This document shows positions 15,052 through 27,828 of a stretch of DNA of 64,000 nt, piece by piece. Below the pieces are notes generated by a model. The model was not told the origin of the DNA, did no database searches, and worked only from the letters and a program-made list of their open reading frames with translations. The stretch's first letter is position 1; each line of letters opens with the position of its first letter. The translations under genes and the position numbers were made by a program. The stretch comes from the human T2T-CHM13v2.0 reference genome, Homo sapiens: NCBI RefSeq assembly GCF_009914755.1, contig NC_060926.1; one strand, 5' to 3'.

Positions 15052-15627
15052 TCCAAGGTGACATCGCAGGAGTGAGAGCTGGGCAGGGCAAGATTCTGCC
15101 ACCTGCTCTGTGTCAGCCAGCAGAGGCGGGGTCCCAGACAGGCCAGGCCCCGAGGCTGCCCCTGTGGGGACAGCACCCAGAGATGGTTTCTCTCCAACAT
15201 ACAATGAACTAGGCTTTGGGATTAGGCCAACACTGCAGGGAGCGGAGGGTGTACTACACCCGTGTTCTGAAGGGTCTTCTGGGGATTCTGCACACCTGGG
15301 GTGCCAAGGAGCTGCTCGGTCTACCAGGTGCCTGTGTCTGTGCCCCCTCCCATGGGACCCTGGGGTTCAGAAGCTTCTGGAGTCTTGCACAGAGTGAAGG
15401 ACAAAGCCCCAGCCAAACTGCAGGACCCCAGTCCCCAGAGAACTCAAGAGACCCTCCTTCGCCTGCTTCAGGACCACGGATCCAGCTCCCAGGGACCAGC
15501 CTGGAGCTCCAGGCCTCTTGCAGGGAGCCTGGCTCAGGCGTGCAGCGCCACCACTGAGCAATAGCCTGGCTCAGGGCAGGCGGCCGCAACTGCTAATGCA
15601 GGAAGGAGCAAATGGCTCACTCTGTGT

Positions 15628-15706
15628 TTCGTTTCTTTTTTTTTTTGTTTTCTTTTCCTTTCTTTCTCTCTCTCTCGCTTCTCTCCTCTCCTTTTCTCTC
15701 TCTTTC
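15628..15706. repeat. Polypyrimidine/polypurine (CT/T-rich) low-complexity tract
   Basis: Almost uninterrupted C/T on the + strand. Confidence 0.8.
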
Positions 15707-17171
15707 GCAATAAAGACAGGAAAAAGGCGGGGGGAAACATGGAGAAAGCTTCCCACGGATAATCCCATGGAGTCTAAAAGGGACATGCCGAGGGCTGGCA
15801 GGGCTGGGAGGCCTTTGGGAAGCTCAGAGGAGCCGCGGGGAGCCGGGCGTACGAGAGCAGGCCGGGACTCCGCTGGGCGAGGCCGAGCAGGGACACCAGC
15901 TCCTCACCCAGTTGAAACTTGCGGTCACTGGAGAGGAGCAACGCAGGAGCTGATCTGGTTTGAAAAAGAGGTCAAAGCACTTTACAGCTCCCATTTCCCA
16001 GCGCCGAGGAGTGGTGAGTTTTCCGTGTTCCAAGCCCCACTGTTCTGCCTCCGGGAGAGTTTGCAGCTGCTTTCGGGGAAGGTGGCTGGCTCTGCTCACC
16101 TGCTCTGCCCTCCCTGACAAGAGCACCTGCTGTGTGCCCACACTTCGGCTCCCGAGGTCTACTTTGCTCCTCCTGACACCCCAGGAGGCTGGCCCCTCCT
16201 GGCTCTGGAGGAGACATGAGGCTCAGGAGAGCTGCATCTGTGCCAGCGACAGCAGGTGCATCCCACACCAGGGCAGGGGTCTGCACCGGCCTCCTGTCTG
16301 TCTTCTTCCTTTTGGAAAACAATGGGAAGAAAACACATCCTGCCGGTGGCTGTACCTCAGGAAGCCCCACGGCCTGCACTGTTCCCTGCCCATGCCAACA
16401 GGCTACCCTCTCTGCCCGCGTCCACGTGGGGAGCTTTTCCATCAGCATCTGCACACCCAGACGTGAGGGTGCAGCTCTCATCTGCTGTGCCTCAGATCTG
16501 GATTTAACACTTGGGAGGGGCTGCTGGGCTCACCCCCTCAGCTCTGAGTCTGCACTTAGCTTTCATTTGCAAATGATAAATTCTGCCTTGCACAGGCGTG
16601 CTGGCTGCAGGGCAGTGCAAATTCAATCCTTTTCAAGTCTGGCCAAAAACATGCCCCAAATTAAGAGATTGCAGCCTATTTACAATACAAAATAAAATAA
16701 CTCTAGGAGGGCTTGGTGGTGGTATGAATAAATGCCGTTTATTCTCTTTCTGACGGGATAATTTTCAAAGCAGTGATTTTTATAAAAACTCAGGAAGAAA
16801 ACAATTTTGTTTCATTTCCATAACAGAATCCAGACCTTGAGCTTCACCCTGCGATCAGTGATTACACACACACCGCACCGTTTCGGCTGCAGCGGCTCCT
16901 GCTGTCCACCGGCTCCCGTCCTCCCTGCCTGTAACCGTCTGTGGTGATTCGCGGCACTGCAGGACCATGATGGCCCGGATCTGCTCGGACGCTCCGCCTC
17001 AGCTTCTCATGGCCGCCCTCGCTATTGCCACCCCTGCCCAGGCTGCATCAAGGAGGTCAGGGGCCAGGGGAGAACTCTTTTGTTATTGAGAAGTTTGATT
17101 GTAAGACCTGACCCTTCCTGTGTGGACGGATGGGCAGATGCCCAGACTGGAAAGTCCTTGTGAACTTATGC

Positions 17172-17340
17172 GCCCAGGCCAGGTCCATATCATCAGCTCG
17201 TAGAAGCCAGCACAGCCCAGTGATTCATATGCCCAGGCCAGGTCCATATCATCAGTTCGTAGAAGCTGGCACAGACCAGTGATTCATATGCCCAGGCCAG
17301 GTCCATATCATCAGCTCACAGAAGCCAGCACAGCCCAGCG
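17172..17340. repeat. Tandem repeat, 59-bp unit x~3
   Basis: gcccaggccaggtccatatcatcag...cacagcccagtgattcatat recurs at 17172, 17231 and 17290. Confidence 0.9.
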
Positions 17341-17795
17341 AGTAGCCCTACAGACTCCACGTGGCCCATGAGTATCACGGTCACTGCACTGGGAGCCCCA
17401 CCTGTAGCTTCGGGTGGAAACTAGGTACAGAATACAGAAGCACGCATCCTACCCGCACCATACTCGTGGCCTGATGTGAGCAGATTACTGCCGCAGACTT
17501 CGAAGGGGATGAGATGCTGGCTGCATACAGGATCCTGTTTCTTAAAGCGAGAGCCACTGCACCCCAGAGCCCCAGCCGCCTGCGCCAGACAACCTTCCCC
17601 AGAGAAAGGTGCCCGAGTCGGCGATCAAAACGCTCTCGGCTCACACGGCCTTTGAAGCCGCACATGGGCAGCCCCTGCGTATGGAAAACACCTGGCAGCA
17701 ATTATTCACTTTGAGGGAAGCAAGGCTGCGATTTCTGTGACCACTGGGACTCGAGAAGAAACAGGACATTATTTACACATTAAAGGAACACTTAC

Positions 17796-17842
17796 CCCAA
17801 CACCACCGCAAGGGAGCCGGACGAACACGGAGGCGAGCGAGC
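17796..17842 (-). CDS. HDAC4: HDAC4 coding exon 17 (47 nt): GSLASVFVRLPCGGVG (C751 Zn ligand)
   Basis: Peptide is in ORF 17769..17954(-). cag|GCTCGC acceptor, GGG|gtaagt donor. Confidence 0.96.
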
Positions 17843-19099
17843 CTGTGGGGGGGAGGGAGACGGTCAGAGAGGCCAAGGGCACGCGGCCAAGGTGCTCGAC
17901 AGGCCCTGGGCGCACTCCGGGGTCTTCAGTGGCACTTGGGCATTTGTGGGACAACGAGGGGCCACTGCTCCCCCTTGTGACACCCTGTGGCCCTGCTGCA
18001 GGGTCAGTGTCTGGCCCTTAGAGGTGCCTTGACTCCTGTGAGGGCTGAGCTGGGTCACAGACCCTGGTGGGGACACCTCAAATTGTTGTGGCATCAGCCT
18101 GTCAGGGGCCCAGGAGAGGCACCAAGCCACTGGGGAGCACGAGGTACCCCTGGTGGGCGTCTGCCTGCAGCCCGTGCCCCTGAGGGGCTGTATCTAACAG
18201 CAAATCCTGCTCCAGGACCCCGAGCCTGGCTCCTCAGTGAGCTCCTAGGGCTTGTCTAGCAGCCCCCTCCCATGGCAAACAAGGGGCAAGTCCCGGGATT
18301 AAACATGGGTCCTGAGGCCTCTTAGACCCTGAGATCCTCGGGAATGTATGCAGCGACAGCCCCTCCCTGCGACACAGGCGGAGCGTGTACAGCTGACTGA
18401 GGGCTCCAAGGACATTGCAGCTGCACGCCAGGCCTCCTCCCATGGAAATCGGGGCCCTCGAAACCCCCACCCCACTGCTCTGGCACCCGCGCCTGCTCCG
18501 GCAGTGAAAGTGCTCCCAGGACAGGGGTGCTGTCTTTTTCCTGTTTGACCCAGTGCTGGCTGAATGCACGTCACCAGCTTAAAACCCATCTGTGGAGGAC
18601 AAGAGACCCCCACTAACCAGGGGCGGGACCTACCATTCCTAGCGGCTGCCTGGGCCCCAATCCCTCACTCTCCGCAGCCCCCGGCCCCTTCCTGGGCTGG
18701 AGCTGGAGTGACATCTCACATGCTCCAGGGAGACTGGCCTGATGTAACAGGCTCCTTTATCCAACGTGGGACCCCACTTTCTGGCCTCAGCTGGGCTGTA
18801 CCCCCCGCTGTGGGTCTCCTCTCCCATTCTCAGCCTGCTCCAGAACAGTAGCCTCCACTCTGTGTGCTCTGGTCCACGCTCCTAGGGCTGGCTGCCGGGG
18901 GCCATAGGAAGGAGTTGGCCATAGGTCCATTAGGGCCTGTCTGCCTCTTGCCTGGAGGGCTTGCCGGCCCGGTTAGCACGAGAGGAACCCTTCCTCAGGG
19001 AACAGCGTGCCTGGCTGGGAAGAGCAACTGCGATGGCCCCAAGCTGCAGGAGAGTGGCTGGCACAGACGAGAAGCTAAACAGAGGCCTGCTTGCCTTAG

Positions 19100-19555
19100 C
19101 CCACGGATGCCCGCACCCCCTACGGACGCCCACACCCCCCGACAGATGCCTGCAACCCCCCCCCCCGACACCTGCAACCTCCCCACAGACGCCTGCACCA
19201 TCACCCCACCACGGACGACTGCACCCCCATCACCCCACCACGGATGACTGCACCCTCCCCATGGATGCCCGCCCCCCGCCCCGCCCCCATGGACACCCAC
19301 ACCCCCCATGGACGCCAGTACCCCCCACGGATGCCCACGCCCCCCACAGACGCCCACACCCCCCACGAACACCTGCACCCCCCACGGATGCCAGCACCCC
19401 CCACGGATGCCAGCACCCCCCACGGATGCCCACCCCCCCCATGGACGCCAGCACCCCCCACAGACACCCACCCCACCCCACGGACACCAGCACCCCCCAC
19501 GGACATCCACACGGACACCAGCACCCCCCACAGACACCCACATGTCCCACAGACA
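19100..19555. repeat. C-rich minisatellite, ~19-20-bp unit (ccccccacggatgccagca)
   Basis: Directly visible; more than 20 degenerate units. Confidence 0.9.
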
Positions 19556-22500
19556 GCCACAGCCAGGCCCTAGTGTGAGGCCCGATGCACAGAGCTGACT
19601 CAGGCTCTTCTCACTGTGGAGGTCACAGATCTGCATCAAGGCCGGAGGCTTGTAGAATGGCCACGTCCACGGCCCGGGGCTGGGGAGCTGCCATGCCAAC
19701 AGGGAGCAGGGCAGGAGGCAGGAGGCAGGAGGCAGCAGCTGCAGCCACTTTCAGAAGGGGCTCAGGGGCTCCCAGGCCCCCCAGGCAAAGGGAGGATAGG
19801 CCCGGCCCCCATCTGCTAGGAGGGCCCGGCCAGCTGAGGGGCGCAGGCGCCATGCAGATGCTGTGACGTTTTCCAGACAAAGCCCTACGTGCTCGGAGGA
19901 GCCAGCCTATGTCGGAGGGAGCCCGCGCTCCTCTCCACCTGGCCTGGCTCCAAGGGCAGGGTCTGTGCCCGCCTTGTCCCTCCTCCCTGCCTGGGCTGTA
20001 CAAGGCATTGAGCCAGCAGGGGCTTCAGTCGGCCCTGGCTCTCCCTGCAGCGCTCAGCAGGCATGCCTCGGCCTCTGGGTCCTGGCCCTCACGCCCACTG
20101 AGGGCAGCAGCACCAGCATGCCTCCCCTTCCTGGGCGCTGTCCTGGGCCTACTTCCTCCGTGTCCATGGCTCACGGACCCACCACTGCCTGGAGTCGTGG
20201 CTCCTGACCCTGGTTCCCGTGTCCACATGTCAGCGTGGCACATGGGACAACATCAGCTAACACTTCTCGCCTGAACCTCATGGTGGTCAGCCCTCATCCC
20301 CGCAGGCATGTTGGCCCTGCTCTCCTCTGTGCCTTGGTGACAGCAAGTAGTGGATGTGGGGCTGACCATGTGGGGAAGCAGCCTGCACGCCGGACCCCTT
20401 TGGGAGGTGCTGGGGCTGGGCAGGAGCTGGCGGGATGTGGTGGGCAAGAGAGCTAGTGCGCAGGTGGAACGAGACTGAAAAAGGAGGAGGGCGTGGGTGC
20501 CAAGGTGCCAAGCCACCTGCTGTCCTGCTTGCTGCCCGTCGTCTGTAGTGGGGTCACCTAATGCCAACCTCACCACAGTGGGCGGGTGCTGCCTTGGAAG
20601 GGCGGTCATGGCCTTGGTGAGTGGCTGAGTAGCTGGGGCTGGGAGTGGCTCCGTGGGCCACGTCCTTCCATCACTGACTACTCCAACGCACGGGAAAGAC
20701 ACTGCCAGAAACTAGGGAGCTCGTTTTCCAAATAATGCACGCGCTCAGCTATATGAATTCACAGTAGACACACGTGTCCAGGTATCTGCAAGAGACTGAA
20801 TCTCTTTGAAATCATAGCCAACCATGTCTACATTAAAACCACAAGTCATCCGACTGTTTTGAGTTTGCTCATTATCTAGCAAAGACCAAAACAACAAAGA
20901 AAAAGTACACGATTATGCATCCAAATGCATGCGTATAGGAATGGAGTTATAGGCAGAGTTTTGGTGACAGTTGTGAGGAGCCCAGCGGCCTCCTGTGGTT
21001 TGGAGCCACAATCACCAAGCCCAGGCCACGAAACGTTCCAGCCTGGTGACAGGGCCTGAAGCTCTGCAAACGACCAGCCTTACTACTTGTCTGTTTGCTG
21101 TGGGCTGGCAGACAGGCGTTCTGTGCCTGGGGCAGGGAAGGCTCGGCTCCAGCCATCCTCTCGCTGCTGCTCCTGCTCCCTGGCTGGGAGGAGGCCCTCG
21201 CTGTGCCAAGTCATTTTCCTGCCGCACCCTACCCTGAGCATCACCGGCACCCACTCGCCAGGGGCCCAGCTCTGCCCGGATGCAGCACCCTGCCAGCTGA
21301 CATGAGCAGATGAGCCACGTGACTTTCAGTGACGCCTAGGGCAGCGGCCAGCCTGCCTCAGGCCCACGAGCCAATTCAGCCACGCCTTATGTGTGGCATC
21401 TCACCACATCAGAAAGGAAATATGAAGGCCCTTGCACACGGCTTAGCGGCTTGTGGATTCCATTAAAAGAGGAAAGAAAAAAAATCACACAGTAGTGTTT
21501 AAACACCTCATTAGGGTTATGTTCACAAAACTCAAGATAATCATCAGCTATTACCATGTCTGAAATACTTAGACTGATGGTAATGAAGTTTCTGGGTTAG
21601 GACAATTGTCGGAAATTCAAAAATCGATCTTGAGTTGTGAGAAGGTAATGGGAGAGGCATCCTCACAGGAATGTGAACAGATTTTAAAGCACGAAGCTTT
21701 CCAGGAAAGAACAAGAAATAGAATGATCAACCTTCCTGTAAACAAAAGAAACTGACTAGAATGGTTGCCTTCGGAGAACAGGAATGGGGCAAAGGGATGC
21801 TGCAGAGACACTTCAATAAAGAAACCAAAAACAAGAAAGGGGTCTTCCTTTTTGATCATCTCTCTTAAACTTTGTTTGAAACTAGCTTAGAAACCTAAGC
21901 AAGGTGGTGGAGCTAAGCCTGCCTTCATCCTTCTGCTGGTGGAGCTGGTCCTGCCTCCATCCTCCGCCCACTGAATTCCACAGGTTTGGAAGACTGAAGG
22001 TGGCAGGGGATGGACCAACAGCCGGTCCTTTGAAAATGGATGAAAGTGTCAGGAGCAGCCGCCATTCTGAAAGGCGTGGAGGTGGGCGCACAGAACTGCG
22101 TGTGTGCAGGACACGGCCTGATGAGCTGATGCTTTGAGGCCGCTCAGCAACTCCCACGCCTGCTGAAGCCCCTGCTGTGGCAGCCCCGGTGACATCGAGG
22201 CAAAGATCTTGTCCCCTCATGGGGCCCACAGGCAGCCCCTCCCATGCTGGAGAACCCGGCCAGAAGCTGAGGTGTTACATGGGGAGGCAGTGACGTTTCC
22301 TGGTAAGGACTGGAGAATCCTGAGGGACAGCACACTCCAGCCTCAGTGCCTCGATGCACGGCCTTTGTCCACCCAGCTCCCGGACAGAAAGCCGCCTGCC
22401 CTCTCTGCCGCCCTTGCCCTCTAGGGCTCCCTTCCCCAGCCCCAGCGGCGCTCCCCGCCTCCGCTAGGTACTCCACAATCCATGCGCCATCTTCTCCCCA

Positions 22501-24483
22501 AGGAGCGCGTGCCCCCTTCCTAGGGGTAGCTGCATCAGCTTCTCCCTGCAGGGCGATCTCAGACTTCCTGGCCGCCACCCTCTCACAGACCACCCAGTAG
22601 AGGCCGGCCTCCATGATGGGCCTCCCAATGTTCTTTTGCCCTGGGACAGCATGTCCTCCGGTGGCTTCCTGAGGAAGAACAGCTGGAGGGTGAAAGCTCT
22701 GGCCCTTGCATGCCTGGAATGCCTCTGTGCCACCTTCCTACTCACCCGGCAGTTTGGCGGGACACAAACTTCAGGAGGGCAATGAGGCGCCCTTAAAACT
22801 GGCATGGCTGCAGGCCCCATGGAGTCTGCAGGTGCCCTGGCTCTCACCTGTCCCTGCATTCTGAGGCTCTGCTGTTTCTCCCTAAGAGGGTCTTTCTTAC
22901 CCCTGGTGGGTCCCTGCAGCCCAGAGACTCTGCCTTTGGCCTGGGGCCTTCTGAATTCCAGACACCTCCTCCTGGCCTCTGCCTTCCCTGGGAACTCCTG
23001 CTGTTTGGACCCTGCACACTGCAGTGAGCTTTGGCCTTCTTCTCCATCATCTCACTTCCCAGTTTCCCAGAGCTGTCACGTTTTGCTCCAGTTTCTGGGA
23101 GATGACATCACCGTATCTTCCAGTCTGAGGAGGATTTTCTTTTTCTGCGGTCAGGTGTTTAATTTTTGTCTTCTCTGAACGTTCTGTGCTTTCCCCTTTT
23201 CCACTGAACTTGTCCACGTTATGTGGATGTGGCATCCTCTCTGAGGGTGCTAATGGCAGCTGGGTTAGTGCCTCACACTGTCTGCCCCCAGCCTCTTTCC
23301 CCTGTGTGGCTCCAGCTCCAGGTCCCTGTCCAGCCGTTCCTCGGGCCCTGGGTCCTCCTTGGTTGTCCGCTCCTAAGGGGGAAGTGCCAACGGCTGGGTG
23401 GAAGCTCTGGGCCCACAGGGGGTGATTAGCCGTGAGTGCCAGTATAAGGGATCTCAGGGGCTATTTGTTGGGAACCCCTGATGTCAGCTTCTTTGGGGCT
23501 GGTCAAATCCACAGAGGGGTCTCCTGTCTGCTTGGACGGTAAAGGTCAGCATGCTGGCAGCCCAGTGGGGAGGGGTAGGGGCTTGGCATCCATGCCCTCA
23601 TCTAGAGCAGCTGTCTCCAGTCCAGGAAGCCCCTGTCTTCCACCGTCCCTTCCAGAGGGACGGTGGAAGGGTGCTGTACCCCTTCTAGAGCAGCAGCAGG
23701 CGAAGCCGCTGTGTAGGGAGTCGGGGCCCAGAGGCCTTTCCACCAGCTTTGGCCCAGGCCCTTGACTGAGTGCCTCCCTGAGTCCATAGCCTCTGCTGTT
23801 GCTGAGCCTGAGCTGTCGGAGTCTGTGGGGTGGGTCGGTGGCCCTTGTCCCCGGCACTAGCTCAGGATCCACCTCGTGAACCTGCTCAGCCACACCCCGG
23901 CCCACCTGCTTCCTACTGTTGTTCACTCCCTTCTCACTTTCCCCAAACTTGAGGCTTCTGTCCTTTTAGAAGCCTCCATACCACAGGGCAGGGGGGACTC
24001 CGGAAGCAGCGTGACCGCCACCCCAGGCCAGAGCCCATGCGTGTCCTCACAGCCCTACTGGCTCCATGGTCTGTGACCCCGTCTGTACCTACAGGGCATC
24101 CAGTACAGAAGGTGCCCTCGGCGAGTGGATGAAGGCGTGAGCGAGCGAGTGAGTGAACGCATGAAGGACTAGGAGTGCAGGTCTCTGTGAGGCTGAGTCT
24201 GCCGGGCACAGGCCTGGCACGGAGGACACCTCCTGCAACGTGTGCCCTGCCAAATGCAGTCAACGAGCCAGGCACGGCCCACCCTCTCCTTGCCCCTGCA
24301 ACCCCTGCGTTCATGGTTCCTAGTTCTCCCTCTCTGCCTTCCTAGGGTCCTGCTCAGGGAAGAGCCAATATGCTCTTCCCAGGGCAAAGGCACAGAAGAT
24401 GGGGAAGAAAACCAGTGGGCAGTGACTGTCCTGGTTCAGGGTGGCTGGGAGGCAGGGAAAGACGTTATCGAGGAACAAAGGGA

Positions 24484-24975
24484 GCCCTGGGATCCCCCAT
24501 CCCCAGGTCCGTGTTCTGTGCCCTGGGATCCCCTGGCCCTCGGTCTGGGTTCTGTGCCCTGGAAGCCCCCGACCCTGGGTCTGGGTTCTGTGTCCTGGGA
24601 GCCCCCGGCCCCGGGTCCGGGTTCTGTGCCCTGGACACCCCCGGCCCCGGGTCTGGGTTCTGTGCCCTGGGAGCCCCCGGCCCCGGGTCTGTGTTCTGTG
24701 CCCTGGACGCTCCCCGCCCAGGGTCTGGGTTCTGTGTCCTGGGAGCCCCCAGCCCTGGGTCCACGTTCTGTGCCCTGGAAGCCCCCGGCCCCGGGTCCAC
24801 GTTCTGTGCCCTGGAAGCCCCCGGCCCCGGGTCCACGTTCTGTGCCCTGGAAGCCCCCGGCCCGGGGTCCACGTTCTGTGCCCTGGAAGCCCCCGGCCTG
24901 GGGTCTGGGTTCTGCGCCCTGGAAGCCCCCGGCCCCACGTCTGGGTTCTGTGGCCTGGGAACACTGGAAGCCCCA
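24484..24975. repeat. GC-rich VNTR, 36-bp unit x~13
   Basis: Unit tctgtgccctggaagcccccggccccgggtccacgt. The overlapping ORFs show 12-aa periodicity. Confidence 0.95.
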
Positions 24976-25429
24976 TGGAGCTGGCTGGGAGTTCACCTGC
25001 CTCTGCTGAAGATCCCTGTGGAAAGCCTCTCACCAGCTCCCCGGGCAGAGGATGCCCATTAGAAAGTTCTCTCCATGAGGCTAAAATTCCCCTCCACCAC
25101 CTGTGCAGGTGCTTTCAGCCAGAGCCAAGACACCAGCAGCCTTTCACCCCTAAGCAGTGGACACTCCCTAGGCCTCCTCCTGGTCTTGCTCTGATGGGCC
25201 TTAAAGCGGAGCTCAAAACAACTTCAGGCTCCCTGCAGGGCAGGGCGGGCAGCATGCTGGCTGTGTTCCTAATCAGCCTCTCAAACCTAAACTCTGATTC
25301 AAGATGCTTCTAAACCAACGGTTCTCAGCCCAGTTTTTACACAAACACACCTGCTACCTGGCACGTTCATCAACAACCAGTGGCTTGTGAACAGAGGGTG
25401 AAAGGTTCCCTTTCAGGCCCTTTACCTTA

Positions 25430-25687
<258 letters not shown>

Positions 25688-26897
25688 TCACACGTTCTGC
25701 AGAAGCTGCTGCTTCAGCTCCACAAACAGAAACTCCAACTGAAACCATTGCCCAAAAGGAAACTTAATTTGATACAAAAACAAGCATGTTATTTGGTTAC
25801 TGCAAAAGAAGAAGCAACATCACCCAACGTGATATTTTAAAATATTTAAGAAATATTTTAGAGGGCTTACACTTAATTATAGCTTTGAAAAAACACTTTA
25901 AAAGATAATTCCAGCCTTCAATGCATTACCCTTCACTGTCGCACGAATGACTTGGCATCAAATTATTACTTTGCTTTCCAGCTGCCAGGGTCTGGTCTTA
26001 AAATAGAGGTGAGCTGCTGAGCTCCCTCACGTTCAAGGGAAACCCCAGCCGCGCTCCCGGAGTCTCTGAGCCCCAGGATGAAGCAGCCTTCCTTGGACCG
26101 CCCGGGGCCACAGCTGCCAGGGTCTGGCATCTGTCCTGGATGGCTAGCTGGCATCCGGCTGCGTCTCTCTGAGGTTTGGAAATTCTTCAGATTGAGATCC
26201 CTGGGCTAATTCAGATTTTCTCCAGAAATTCACAGGAAAATTAGTGTTCTTTAGTTGAGCTACATTTATTTAGCCTTTTAAAGGGGACGATGGCTTTGGA
26301 CATGAGATTCGAGTTAACATTTCACATGGAAATGGCTCTCAGAGGGTTAGGCCACCACAGGATGAGTCAGACGCCACTCAGGTGGCCCCGGTTGTGGCTG
26401 TTACCTGCTTCCCCCAGGCCTGAGCAGGATCTGCTCTCTCCCTCCCGACTGCAGCCCTGCCCCAGCATCCGCTGAGCTCCTGCAGGCCTCGGTGTCCACC
26501 CTGTATGTGAGACCTGTGGTGGGCGAAGCTCGAGGGCTCTCTATGCCAGCCCAGCACCTGGGGCTCCTCTCAGACCACCAGGAGCCGTAGCACACAGCCT
26601 TCCTGCAGGACGCATTGCACCTGGGGGTCCTGTCCATGCAGGGTGGAGGAAGAAGGGGCGGAGCCAAGAACTCAGTCCCCGCCCACAGGGGAGAGACCTC
26701 CAGAGGGCAGGTGCGCTGGGCAGGGACGGATGCTCTGCGGGTTCTCTTCTCATGAACAACAATTCCACAAAACCGGGCTTCCTCTATGAAGGTCTCTTGT
26801 TTAACAAAGAAAAGATGTGACACGGCTTCCGATGGTAAAAAACGACTCTATGGTCCCATCCACATAACCTAGTGCTGCTTCTACTTTGGGGACATAA

Positions 26898-27296
<399 letters not shown>

Positions 27297-27708
27297 AGGG
27301 CTTCTCATTTCTAATGACTTCAGGAAGCCCACATGTGTGTACAGGCACAGGCAGCTGTGGCCAGGGCCAAGTTCCCTCTGGACAGACGGGCCTAGGCAGC
27401 CCACGCTTGGGAAGGTCCCCGTAGGGGACCACAGGCTGTGCCCTGCGGTGCCAAGAGGCAGGTCATGTAGTGTGGACTTTGGGTGAAAGAACGGCAGGGT
27501 AGCCATGTGTGTCCTCCCCACTCAAAAGCGACCCACTGGATAAGAGACTGAATTGCAGAAAGAGAGATCTGACGTTAGACCACAAATGAAATTCACAAAT
27601 TAAAGTTGATGTTAGAATAAGGCAAAGAAGAAAAGTAGAAAAACCCTCTCCTTACAAACACATGAAATGGACACAGAAAAGACACAGGATCAAAGCCCCA
27701 AAAGCTCT

Positions 27709-27828
27709 GCGACACCGCGACGGCTGGGGCTGCAGGTGCGCGACACCGCAAGGGCTCGGGCTGTGCGTGCGGGACACCGCGATGGCTCAGGCTGTAGCGT
27801 GCAATATTGTGACGGCTCAGACTGAGCA
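27709..27828. repeat. CpG-rich tandem repeat, ~31-bp unit x~4
   Basis: gcgacaccgcgacggctggggctgcaggtgc and diverged copies. Confidence 0.75.

Noticed and set aside
18961-19699. Pro-rich and Gly-rich ORFs of ~200 aa
   Set aside because: Artefacts of the C-rich minisatellite.
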